The notes: generated from the letters alone by a model not told the origin. A DNA stretch of 64,000 bases from a bacterium (GCA_028819345.1 JAPPLW010000103.1:98424-162423), one strand, 5' to 3'. Positions 1-8,358 are shown, counted from the stretch's first letter. Numbers and translations: made by a program.

Positions 1-6
1 AGCGAG

Positions 7-465
7 ATGGGGGACTACGCCCATCAGTCTCCGCGGGTCTCCTTCGACCCTCCGTTTCCCCGCGGCCTGGTCGGCATAGAGACCTTTGCGGCCTTGACCA
101 CCCCTGTTCCCTGGGATTACACCTCGACTTCTCCCTACACCGGCCGGTCATTGCGGGCAGAGGTGAAGGTGCGCCAGGTGAGGATCGACTGGGATGACGG
201 TCCCGCCCAGGTATTCGGGGAAGCTCTCCACGCCCAACTGACGGGCTATCCGGACGGAGTGGCGAGCCACACCTACCAGACCAAGAGCTGTGAGGAGGAC
301 GGACCCAGATGCCGGACCGGGGTCGGCGCCTATGAGATTGCAACCTCCTTCGTCTGGTCGGGCTGGTACGCCGTGGGCGGTGGGATGAAGACCCTGAGGG
401 TCCCTAACACCTATTCCACCAACGCTTATCCGGTGACGGAACTGATCTCCCTGGTCGTCGGCTAG
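7..465 (+). CDS. Hypothetical protein, probably the 3' part of a longer gene; PKD-like beta-sandwich signature
   Basis: The frame has no stop between nt 1 and the ATG at 7, so the gene may start upstream of the window. The pattern DWDDGP...GYPDGVASHTYQT...GAYEIATSFVW resembles the PKD-type WxxDG...HxY...GxY signature. It is co-directional with the next gene, 73 nt away. Confidence 0.5.
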   Translation: MGDYAHQSPRVSFDPPFPRGLVGIETFAALTTPVPWDYTSTSPYTGRSLRAEVKVRQVRIDWDDGPAQVFGEALHAQLTGYPDGVASHTYQTKSCEEDGPRCRTGVGAYEIATSFVWSGWYAVGGGMKTLRVPNTYSTNAYPVTELISLVVG

Positions 466-538
466 TGAGGCGGAGGGGGCTGGGGCGTGTTCAACACGGT
501 GTATCGCTGTTGAAGAGTCAACAAGGAGAACCCTCCTG

Positions 539-2260
539 ATGACAACCATCCGCGCTGTCACGCTGATGGCCCTGCTACTGGCGTCCTGCGGGGATGACGC
601 CCACCCGCCCACCACGGAACCGGCGCCTGCCGCGACCATCAGCACAGCCTTACCTCGGTTACTTCCCGCCACCACCCGAAGAGCCGCAGAACCGCAGGAC
701 GTCGAGATCGACCTCCCTCAGGTGGCGGTCGAAGGAGAGTGTCCGGAGGGAACCCACGCCCACCAACGCGGGGAGTGCCATCCCGACCACCCGGACGACA
801 CACCGCTCACGTCTGAGGACACGCCAACAACCCCCGAGGAAGTAGCCAAGGCCGCCATTGTGATCCTCGAGGATCTGCTGTCTGCCGATGTCTGTGAGGC
901 TGCTGGGGGAAGGTGGAACACAGACACCCAGGAGTGCGGGCCCCTGGCTACGGCGCAGGATCCCCATCCCGAACCGGAGGAGGATCAAGACCCACAAGAA
1001 GCCGGGGAGGAGCAAGAGCAGGTTGAGGTGGCGGACAGGAGTGGGAGTGACGACGAGGCGGCGCTCAAGTGGTGGCGGCCCGGTTTGATCGATGAAGCGG
1101 TGGCTCTGGTTGATCCGCACTCCGTGGGTGCGGATGATTGGCATCTGAACGAGTCCGAGCGTGACTGGGGTACCTATAGCTTTTACCGCTTCTATCACGG
1201 CCTCCGGGAGGACGGCGCCGCGGAACGGGCGACGTTCTGGCAGGCAATCCAACTCGTCCACAATGTCCAGTTGCTGAAGATTGGGGGGACCTACTTCCCC
1301 CACCGCTACGACGTGGGTTGGGTTGAGCACCCGAACCAGATAGCGGTCGGGCTCACCTTTCCCCTTGGGGAGACGCTGATGGTGGCCGTCACCCGCGTCG
1401 ATGGATCGTGGGCCGCGGATTGGGATGTTGAGTTTCCGCCTGGGCCTTCGATCCGTCCCACCACTCCTTTTTCGGAGCCGCGCTTTCCCGGGACCGCTCA
1501 GGCCCTGGGGCGGGAATGCCCACCGGTGGAGGAGGTGTGGAGCAAGAACCAACCGGTCGAGGATGCTTGCACTCTCCAAGCCGTCCAGACCGCTATCGAG
1601 TACGCCTGGTCCGGCACGGTCGAGCAACGGATGGCCGCCGTGCGGGATGGCCAGGTCCTTGCCGACCTGTTGGAGGCGGTGGACAATATACAGGACCCGT
1701 TCATAGCTTCGGGGATGGGACCTGTCGGTCGGGCGACGAAGACCACTGAGATCAGGGGTGTCAAGTGGCGGGGAGGCTTTGCGCAGGCATCGATGATCCT
1801 TCTCGAGTGGCGGGCGGTTTGGCCGGTGCGGGTTTTGAGCGAGGAGGAACGGCAGGCGGCCATCCGCTATTACGAATGGAGCGCGGCCCAGGGCCGGGAA
1901 GTGTCGGAGGAGCGTCTCCGGGGAGACTTCCAGATCGGAGGCCCCGTGGACTGGATCGAGACGTTGATGGTTCGCACCGCGGACGGCACCTGGCGGCAGT
2001 CCTACCGAGAGTTCTGCGACAAAATGGACCGCACCATCCTGAACTTTCCTGACTATGTCCCGGAAGGGGAGTTACGGTGTCCTGACGATCCCACTCCTCA
2101 CTTTCCCGACTCGCGGTTCTTCGACCATTCTCTCCCGCCGCCCAACACCCGCCTGTATTACGTTGATCCCCGCGCAAATGATGATCCGAACACCCTGTAC
2201 CGGTTGGACAGGGGCCTGCCCCGCCATGAGGGCGAGTATTTGGGGGTTCCTCCCTCATGA
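539..2260 (+). CDS. Secreted lipoprotein of unknown family
   Basis: Signal peptide with lipobox (MALLLAS-CGDD). Acidic Pro/Glu linker (PHPEPEEDQDPQEAGEEQEQ). Cys motifs CPEGTH..CHPDHP and CEAAGGRW..C. ATGA overlap with the next gene at 2257-2260. I recognise no catalytic domain. Confidence 0.7.
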   Translation: MTTIRAVTLMALLLASCGDDAHPPTTEPAPAATISTALPRLLPATTRRAAEPQDVEIDLPQVAVEGECPEGTHAHQRGECHPDHPDDTPLTSEDTPTTPEEVAKAAIVILEDLLSADVCEAAGGRWNTDTQECGPLATAQDPHPEPEEDQDPQEAGEEQEQVEVADRSGSDDEAALKWWRPGLIDEAVALVDPHSVGADDWHLNESERDWGTYSFYRFYHGLREDGAAERATFWQAIQLVHNVQLLKIGGTYFPHRYDVGWVEHPNQIAVGLTFPLGETLMVAVTRVDGSWAADWDVEFPPGPSIRPTTPFSEPRFPGTAQALGRECPPVEEVWSKNQPVEDACTLQAVQTAIEYAWSGTVEQRMAAVRDGQVLADLLEAVDNIQDPFIASGMGPVGRATKTTEIRGVKWRGGFAQASMILLEWRAVWPVRVLSEEERQAAIRYYEWSAAQGREVSEERLRGDFQIGGPVDWIETLMVRTADGTWRQSYREFCDKMDRTILNFPDYVPEGELRCPDDPTPHFPDSRFFDHSLPPPNTRLYYVDPRANDDPNTLYRLDRGLPRHEGEYLGVPPS

Positions 2261-3654
2261 CTACCGCGCAGGTCCGCCAGCGCCACCGCTCCATTCTTTG
2301 GTCGGCGGGTCTGGTGCTGGCCGCCGCGGCGGTACTGGTGTTCCTCCCGTCACCTGAACAGTCCGAAGCGGATACCAGAACCCGGCCGGGAACTGTCAGC
2401 CAGACCACCACATATGTCGGGACCAAACCCCAGGAACGCCGCAGGTGCCTCTCGTGGGACTGGTACGACCAATGCGCACGGTGGGACGTCAGGACTGTCA
2501 TGGTTCCATGCACTCCGGGCTCGGACCCCGCCTGTTCAAATGTCAGCAGCCAGACGCGGCTGGAGTGTTCGGGCTTTTGGGCCGGGGGCCTGGGATCGAA
2601 CTGTCGGGAGTACGTGCCTCATACCCATGCTGCTCCCACCACGACGAGCACAACGAACTCCACGACGACTACTACCCGTGCGTCCACTACCACCACGTCG
2701 TCTTCGACAACCACCAGCACGACCACCACGACGACGTCCACGACGCGCCCGTCGCCACCCGATCACACACCGTGTCCGAGTGGGACTCATCGGAATGGGT
2801 CTAGATGCCATGCGAATCATCCTCCCCGGCCGTCCTGTAAGCGGGGGGTGTCGCAGACGTACACCTATCACTCGAGTCGGGGGCATCGGACGGGGGCGGT
2901 GCCGCCGTGTCCGACGACCACGACCACAACGACTACTACCACTACTCAGACGACTACTACTACTACCACTACTGGGGTGCCGCTGGTGTGTTCGAGTGGG
3001 TTGTCGTCGGTTCGGGCGCAGGAGTTGCGGAATTCAATCGGTGATTTGGTGGGTTGGAAGACGTCGTTTGCCAATGATGGGTCGGTTGATGCTGTATGGG
3101 CTGGTGATGAGCCTCCCCAGGCCGGCGGGTCGTATTTGTTTATTGCGTCCGATAAGATTTCGTCGCCTGCGTCGGCCGAGCCGCCCGTGTGGCCGGTGGC
3201 TGTTGGCGCTTCCGCGGCGGCAGTGGAGGATGAAGGTGGGTGCCGGTGGCATCCGGTGGAGACGTGGTCGAGGTGGGATTCGTTGAAGCCGTGGTCGTAT
3301 ACGGAGCTGCTGAAGATCGGGTCGGTGGCCCAGGATTGGGTGGATAGGTGGAATCGGATGTCGTCTGAGGAGCAGGAAGAGATGCGGGTCCTTTGGGAGG
3401 CGTTGGAACGGGACCATCCCGATCCTTCGCAGTGGTGTGAAGTGGATGAGGCGGACCCGGAGAGGGAGTGTGCTTTCTTTGTGCCTTACACGGCAGTGTG
3501 GGAGTGGTCGTTGGACGCGCGGGTGCAGACAACGGATGATGGCGAGGTGAGAACGGATGTGGTGAGGTTGCATTCGGGGGTGTCGATGGTGCGAAGGTTG
3601 GTGGATTATTCGGATTGGGAGAGGACCACGACCGGTTTTGGGGGTGATGAATAG
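2257..3654 (+). CDS. Membrane-anchored or secreted poly-threonine (mucin-like) protein of unknown family
   Basis: N-terminal hydrophobic helix (ILWSAGLVLAAAAVLVFL). Two long Thr/Ser tracts (residues about 125-167 and 218-240). Cys-rich segments, including CPSGTH..CHANHP. The stop TAG at 3652-3654 abuts the GTG at 3655. Confidence 0.7.
   Translation: MTTAQVRQRHRSILWSAGLVLAAAAVLVFLPSPEQSEADTRTRPGTVSQTTTYVGTKPQERRRCLSWDWYDQCARWDVRTVMVPCTPGSDPACSNVSSQTRLECSGFWAGGLGSNCREYVPHTHAAPTTTSTTNSTTTTTRASTTTTSSSTTTSTTTTTTSTTRPSPPDHTPCPSGTHRNGSRCHANHPPRPSCKRGVSQTYTYHSSRGHRTGAVPPCPTTTTTTTTTTTQTTTTTTTTGVPLVCSSGLSSVRAQELRNSIGDLVGWKTSFANDGSVDAVWAGDEPPQAGGSYLFIASDKISSPASAEPPVWPVAVGASAAAVEDEGGCRWHPVETWSRWDSLKPWSYTELLKIGSVAQDWVDRWNRMSSEEQEEMRVLWEALERDHPDPSQWCEVDEADPERECAFFVPYTAVWEWSLDARVQTTDDGEVRTDVVRLHSGVSMVRRLVDYSDWERTTTGFGGDE
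2629..2976 (+). repeat. Two threonine-codon low-complexity tracts inside the 2257-3654 CDS
   Basis: Runs of ACC/ACG/ACT (plus TCN/AGC) codons at about 2629-2757 and 2908-2976. They encode TTTSTTNSTTTTT...TTTSTTTTTTSTT and TTTTTTTTTTTQTTTTTTTT. Confidence 0.9.
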
Positions 3655-4221
3655 GTGTTGGATTCGCGGGTGTTGGGGTTGGCGCCCGCCCAGTGGGCGT
3701 GGATCGTGGCGACGTTGGTGGTTGGCCTGGGTTCGATTTGGCTCTTGAGGGGAGATGAGGAACCGACGGTGGGTGTGGCGGTGACGATCGGGGAGTGGCG
3801 TGCTGGGGAGGTGGGCGAGTTTGTGATGGTGCCGGCGCCCGAGTCGTTGGCGTCGCTGTTGGCTACGAGGGAGATGCTATCGGGTGGGGCGGTGTCGTCG
3901 GTAGCGTTGCCGGATGGGGTGGTGGTGCCTGCAGCGGTGTTGGTGGAGGGGAATCTGGCGCCCGAGGACGAGACGGCGACGTTGATGCGGTTCCCGGTGG
4001 ATGCGTCGTTGTGGGCCGGGCCGGGCCCGCGGGCTGGTGACGTGGCGGTGTTCGGGCGGAAGCCCGGCGGGTGTGCTGTGTTGATTGCGGAGTTGCGTGC
4101 AGTGGATCCTGGTGATGTGACGTTGGAGGTGGATCCGGATACTGTGGCGCGGCTGGTGGGGGAGGGCTTGGAGACGTTGGCTATTTGGGAGTCGCCGGCG
4201 GTGGGCTGGCCGGGCTGCTGA
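3655..4221 (+). CDS. Membrane-anchored protein, possibly CpaB/RcpC-like (SAF-type) pilus assembly protein
   Basis: N-terminal TM helix (WAWIVATLVVGLGSIWLL) followed by a small soluble domain. It sits directly upstream of the secretion ATPase, where CpaB/SAF proteins lie in actinobacterial tad loci. Sequence similarity was judged by eye only. Confidence 0.4.
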   Translation: MLDSRVLGLAPAQWAWIVATLVVGLGSIWLLRGDEEPTVGVAVTIGEWRAGEVGEFVMVPAPESLASLLATREMLSGGAVSSVALPDGVVVPAAVLVEGNLAPEDETATLMRFPVDASLWAGPGPRAGDVAVFGRKPGGCAVLIAELRAVDPGDVTLEVDPDTVARLVGEGLETLAIWESPAVGWPGC

Positions 4222-5771
4222 GTCAGGGGTGGTCGCCGGTGCTGTTCGTAGTGTTTGATCGGGCGTTGGAGGAAAAGGGGGTGGCGACTTGGGTGCACAC
4301 GGAAATGGTGAGATCGGCTGCGCGGGTGCTGGGTGGTGACGTGGGGCTGGGGTGGGACAGTCCGGATCCCCTGGCGTCGGCGGAGATTGTGGCGGCGTAT
4401 TCGGATGCGCCGAATCAGCGGTTGGGGCAGACGGCTGCGGAGGCGATGGGGGTCGTGGCGGTGACGACGCAGCCTCCGGTTGGGATTCGGGAGTTGTTGG
4501 GATTGCAGGGTGCAGGGGGGAGGGTGGAGTTGGGGGTGGTGATTGTGACTGACGAGGCTGTCGACGAAGCGCAGATCAAGATTCAGGTGGCGGCGTCCTG
4601 GGTGTTGTCTGTGTCGGCGGAGGGAACCAAGAGCGAGTTGCGGAAGATCCGGCGGGTGCGGAAGTGGTTGGCTTGGAAGGCGTCGGAGGCGCATCGGTTG
4701 GACGAGGCGGACGGGCGGAAGCGTCGGCGGGGGGCGGTGTCCGCGGCTAGCGAGCCGTTCCACGAGTTGATCGCCTTGGAGGGTGTTGAAGAGATACAAA
4801 TCCGAGGTTCGCAGAGTATGTATGTGCTGTGGGCGAACGGTGAGCGGGAGAAACGGTCGTCGCCGTTTCCGACGGATGCGGACTTGTTGGAGACTTTGAG
4901 AACGGTGGCGTCGCATGGGGGCGCGAAGAAACTGTTCTCTCCGATGCGTCCGATGTTGGACATGCAGTTGGCTCCCCGTTGGAGGTTGCATGGAGAGGGG
5001 TTCGTGAGCAGCCCACCGAATGCGGTGTTGCGTCACAACATGGGCGGCACGAGGACTCTCCAGGAACTGGGGATCGCCGATGACGTGTTGTTGTCGCTGC
5101 TGGTGGAAGCTGCGGCGGGCGACGCTCGGGCGAATGTGGTGGTGGCGTCACCTCCCAGTGGGGGAAAAACCACCGTTGTGCAGTGCATTTGTGGGGAGGT
5201 GCCGGAGTCGGAACGGATCGACACGATTGAGGACACCAAGGAACTGATGCTGGCGGAGTACGGGATTCATGAGAACACGATTGCGCGGTTCACAAGGGAC
5301 GAGAACCAGGAGGGTGTAGCGGTGTATTCGATGGCGGATCACATTCGAGCCGCCAAGCGGGCCAACAGCAGCAAGGTGGTTGTGGGGGAGATTCGAGGGC
5401 CGGGTACCGAAGCCATGTTGGACACGTTCTCGTCGGGATGGGTGGGGTGCTTGGCTACCATTCACAGTCCACCGGGGGCGGGGATGCTGCAGAAACTGGT
5501 GCAGTATGCCACGAGCGAGGGGGCGACGGAGAGGTACGCGAGGCGTCAGATCGCCAACGGCGTGGACCTGTTGGTGTGGATGGGCCGGAACCACCAGGAC
5601 AAGCGGGTGGTGGCGGATGTGACCCAGGTGTTGGGTATCGACGAGCGGTCGGGGCTAATCCGCACCCGGGGGTTGTGGAAATGGAAGCCGGGGGGTCGGT
5701 GGGCGGTTCCGACCGGCCGGCCGGAGGGGCGGATGGCGGATCTTTACGAGTCGGTGGGGGTGGCGCTGTGA
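4185..5771 (+). CDS. tadA: CpaF/TadA-type secretion ATPase (T2SS-E / VirB11 superfamily) with a long N-terminal extension
   Basis: Walker A SPPSGGKTT. Conserved VVVGEIRGPGTEAMLDTFSSGWVGCLATIHSPPGAG block (GEIRG...H box). The EEIQIRGSQSMYVLWANGE segment is typical of the N-terminal domain of this family. The start is uncertain: TTG at 4185 overlaps the previous gene by 37 nt, and GTG at 4239 is an alternative. Confidence 0.85.
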   Translation: MGVAGGGLAGLLSQGWSPVLFVVFDRALEEKGVATWVHTEMVRSAARVLGGDVGLGWDSPDPLASAEIVAAYSDAPNQRLGQTAAEAMGVVAVTTQPPVGIRELLGLQGAGGRVELGVVIVTDEAVDEAQIKIQVAASWVLSVSAEGTKSELRKIRRVRKWLAWKASEAHRLDEADGRKRRRGAVSAASEPFHELIALEGVEEIQIRGSQSMYVLWANGEREKRSSPFPTDADLLETLRTVASHGGAKKLFSPMRPMLDMQLAPRWRLHGEGFVSSPPNAVLRHNMGGTRTLQELGIADDVLLSLLVEAAAGDARANVVVASPPSGGKTTVVQCICGEVPESERIDTIEDTKELMLAEYGIHENTIARFTRDENQEGVAVYSMADHIRAAKRANSSKVVVGEIRGPGTEAMLDTFSSGWVGCLATIHSPPGAGMLQKLVQYATSEGATERYARRQIANGVDLLVWMGRNHQDKRVVADVTQVLGIDERSGLIRTRGLWKWKPGGRWAVPTGRPEGRMADLYESVGVAL

Positions 5772-6580
5772 ATCTAAGGGGCTGGGTGGTCTTGGCGGCG
5801 GTGGCGCTGGTGGTGGGAGCGGTGATGTGGAGGCCGCCTGGTCCGACGGTGCAGGTGCCCGCTGAGGTGGGGCGGGTGCGGACCCAGGGCCGTTTGCGGC
5901 GCTTGGTGGAGGTGTACGGGGTTCCCGCCGCCGCGGTGGCTGTGGCGTTGTGGTGGTTGCGGTCGGTGGAATTGGCCCTGGCGGTGGGAATGGTGGCGTG
6001 GGGGTGTGTAGCGATGTGGCGGGCGGCCCGGGAGATCCGGCGGAGCGTGAGCATGGCGGCTTCGATGGCGGTTTTCACCACGGTGCTGGCCAGCCAGGCG
6101 AGGACTGCTCATACCGTGGAGGAGGCTGTTGGCCAGGCGGGAACGTTGGTGTCCGGCCCGGTGGCCGAGGCCGCCGCGGAGTTGGGGAGGACTGTCGGCA
6201 GACGGGGGATCGTGGCTGCTGCGGGAACGTTCGTGAGGGAGGTCGACGCGCCGGCGGGGGCGTGGCTGGGGATGATCTTGGTCAAGGCGTCGACAGGGGG
6301 AGGAAGGTGGTCGGAAGGGGTGCGAGTCCTGCGGTCCGAGACCGTGCAGGAGGCAGAGATTCTGCGGGAGTTGAGGAAGCAGGTGGCGGCGAAGATGCCG
6401 ACGGCCATATTCATGCTGGCGGCGGGGGCCGCAACGGTCGGCGTGTCAGGGTGGTTGTATCCGGAGGTGGGTGTCTGGATTGCGGGCCCCGGAGACAGGA
6501 TTGTGCTGGCGGCCTCGGTGATAGCCAGCCTGAACGTCAAGAGGATGGCGGGTGCTGCCACCGCGTTTCTGAGGACGTGA
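5768..6580 (+). CDS. tadB: TadB-like inner-membrane platform protein (T2SS-F-like)
   Basis: GTG at 5768 overlaps the ATPase stop (GTGA). The protein is polytopic: an N-terminal TM, a cytoplasmic helical segment, then C-terminal TM helices. It occupies the tadB position after the ATPase. Confidence 0.6.
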   Translation: MNLRGWVVLAAVALVVGAVMWRPPGPTVQVPAEVGRVRTQGRLRRLVEVYGVPAAAVAVALWWLRSVELALAVGMVAWGCVAMWRAAREIRRSVSMAASMAVFTTVLASQARTAHTVEEAVGQAGTLVSGPVAEAAAELGRTVGRRGIVAAAGTFVREVDAPAGAWLGMILVKASTGGGRWSEGVRVLRSETVQEAEILRELRKQVAAKMPTAIFMLAAGAATVGVSGWLYPEVGVWIAGPGDRIVLAASVIASLNVKRMAGAATAFLRT

Positions 6581-6587
6581 ACGCCCG

Positions 6588-7319
6588 ATGATTGCTTGGG
6601 AGGCGTGGGCTGTTGCGGGACTGATGGTGGCTGGGGTGGCGACCGTGGTGCTGGCGCCTCCGCAGGCGGTGCGGGAGGCTGAGGCGTTGACGGCCATGGG
6701 GTGGCCGCCCGGGCGGGTTACCGCGGTTGGGTGGGCGTTGACGGTGGCCATCGGTGTGGGCGTGGGCGGAGTGTTGTGGGCGGTGGTCGGGTTTGGCCCG
6801 GCGCTGGTGTGGTTGGCGGCGGTCATGAATTGGTTGGGGCGCCTGATGGTGGCCGCGTTGCGGGCCGGTGTGCTGGGCGGGTTCGGACCGGCGCGGGACA
6901 GGGCACTGTTGAAGTGGCTTCGGGGAGTGCGGTTGGCTTCTGGATCTGCCGACCCGCTGCAGTCGGCGGTGGTGGAGGCGGCGGAGAAAGTCCAGGATCG
7001 CGCGTTCGGGCCGGTGAAGTCGGCGATCAGCCGGGCGTTGAGCAGCGGCAAGAACCCCTTGTATGCAGTGGAGAAGGTACTGCGGGGTTCCCCTGCGGAG
7101 GCGATGGTCTCCATGTTGTCCACAATTGACAGGTCTGGGGGGAGAGTGATGGAGCAGATTGACGAGGTATTGGCCGATGTGGTGAGGGAACTGTCGGCCA
7201 CGAGGCGCGAGGAGGTGGAACGGTTGGGACGGTCTGTGGAGGCAGCGGCGGCCACGTCCGTTGTGATCGCCGTTGCGGTGTTGATGTTCGCGGTGGTGTC
7301 CGCCACCTTTGCGTTCTGA
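6588..7319 (+). CDS. tadC: TadC-like inner-membrane platform protein (T2SS-F-like)
   Basis: This is a second polytopic protein with the same architecture as the preceding gene. It starts 7 nt after the tadB-like stop and occupies the tadC position. Confidence 0.6.
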   Translation: MIAWEAWAVAGLMVAGVATVVLAPPQAVREAEALTAMGWPPGRVTAVGWALTVAIGVGVGGVLWAVVGFGPALVWLAAVMNWLGRLMVAALRAGVLGGFGPARDRALLKWLRGVRLASGSADPLQSAVVEAAEKVQDRAFGPVKSAISRALSSGKNPLYAVEKVLRGSPAEAMVSMLSTIDRSGGRVMEQIDEVLADVVRELSATRREEVERLGRSVEAAAATSVVIAVAVLMFAVVSATFAF

Positions 7320-7345
7320 AGTAAGGCGACCAGAAAGGAGAAGGT

Positions 7346-7555
7346 ATGAGCGGTTGGTTAGGCGCCCTGGCGCGATTGTTGCTGGTGTTGGCGCTGGGCG
7401 CAATGGTTACCGCGGTGGTGTGGGGCGTTGCGAATGCGATGGGTGAGGACATGGACGTGGACCAAGGTGTGGACTTGTCTCTTATCACCAACGAGACCAC
7501 CTGCGAACTGGCGGGTGGCACCTGGACTTCGGCCAACACCCCGCCCTGTGCCTGA
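7346..7555 (+). CDS. Small single-TM protein in the Flp/DUF4244 pilin position (atypical)
   Basis: Strong RBS (AAAGGAGAAGG) 4 nt upstream of the ATG. 69 aa with an N-terminal hydrophobic helix. GAMVTAVVWG resembles the Flp G/xxxxEY region but has lost the E-Y pair. The C-terminal Cys loop CELAGGTWTSANTPPC is also present. Confidence 0.5.
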   Translation: MSGWLGALARLLLVLALGAMVTAVVWGVANAMGEDMDVDQGVDLSLITNETTCELAGGTWTSANTPPCA

Positions 7556-7589
7556 TTGGTACGGAAGTCCCACGGGGAGATAGAGGCCC

Positions 7590-8027
7590 TTGAGCGAGTG
7601 GCTGGGGTTCCTGAAGACGGGAACGGCGATGCTATTGCTGCTGGGGATGCTGTTCTCGGTGTTCCTACGTGAACTGGCCCGGTCGGCGTCTGCCGGCGCA
7701 GCGTCCGGTGCTGCCGCGGCGGCGGTGAAGGTGCTGCGGAGTGACAGCGACCGGGCGTGGGACTGCACCAAGGGGGATCCGTTGTGGGCCCCGGCTGAGG
7801 AAGCTGCCGTTTTGACCGCCCTGGGCTTGGCCGGCGCCTTGCGACAGGTGAACCTCACCGGGGTGGAGGTGATTGCCCACCCGACCGAATGTTGGGTGGG
7901 CGTTACGGTGCGGACTGTGGCCCGGGGGGCGCGAGGAATGTTGCCGGCCGGGGCGACGAGTTGTGCGCCGGTGGGGGTTGATCCCTTCGGGGAACCTCCC
8001 CCCTGTGGCACTTTCGTGTCTGAGTGA
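7590..8027 (+). CDS. TadE-like pseudopilin/pilus assembly protein
   Basis: TTG start. N-terminal hydrophobic helix (TAMLLLLGMLFSVFL) followed by a small Cys-containing domain. It sits right after the pilin-position gene, as with Rv3655c-type TadE proteins. Confidence 0.45.
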   Translation: MSEWLGFLKTGTAMLLLLGMLFSVFLRELARSASAGAASGAAAAAVKVLRSDSDRAWDCTKGDPLWAPAEEAAVLTALGLAGALRQVNLTGVEVIAHPTECWVGVTVRTVARGARGMLPAGATSCAPVGVDPFGEPPPCGTFVSE

Positions 8028-8028
8028 G

Positions 8029-8349
8029 ATGAGCGAGGCACTGGGGCTATTGAAAGTGGTGGGGGTGGTGGCGCTGTGCGTGGCGATGTTGCATCAGATT
8101 GGCGAACAGTCGATCGTGGACGGGAGAGTGTTGGCAGCGGCCGAGAAAGCGGTTGTAGCTGCCGCCGCCCATCCGGGGCGACCGGAGGCGCAGGCTGCGG
8201 CGGAGAAGGCGGTCGCCCAGGTGCTGTTTGGGGTTTGTTCCAGTCCTACGGTTCGGTTGCCGCGGCATTGGGACAACACCGAGCAGGTGGGCGTGGCGGT
8301 GACATGCTCCGCCAGCCGGGCCACGGCGTTGTATGCGCCTGGACCGTGA
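8029..8349 (+). CDS. TadE/TadF-like small protein
   Basis: The ATG at 8029 lies 1 nt after the previous stop. N-terminal hydrophobic helix (LLKVVGVVALCVAMLH). 106 aa and co-directional within the tad-like operon. Confidence 0.45.
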   Translation: MSEALGLLKVVGVVALCVAMLHQIGEQSIVDGRVLAAAEKAVVAAAAHPGRPEAQAAAEKAVAQVLFGVCSSPTVRLPRHWDNTEQVGVAVTCSASRATALYAPGP

Positions 8350-8358
8350 GAAGCGACA

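Noticed and set aside
2629-2976. Repetitive ACC/ACG/ACT tracts considered as a tandem repeat or CRISPR-like array
   Set aside because: There is no repeat-spacer periodicity. The tracts are in frame within a long ORF and simply encode poly-Thr/Ser linkers.
3606-5036. 476-aa minus-strand ORF across the CpaB-like and TadA genes, with similar shadow ORFs at 659-1627, 6446-7403 and 7358-8041
   Set aside because: These are antisense to ORFs that have signal peptides, TM helices or Walker motifs, and RBS or coupling signals. Their products are Pro/Arg/Ser/Thr-rich without features.
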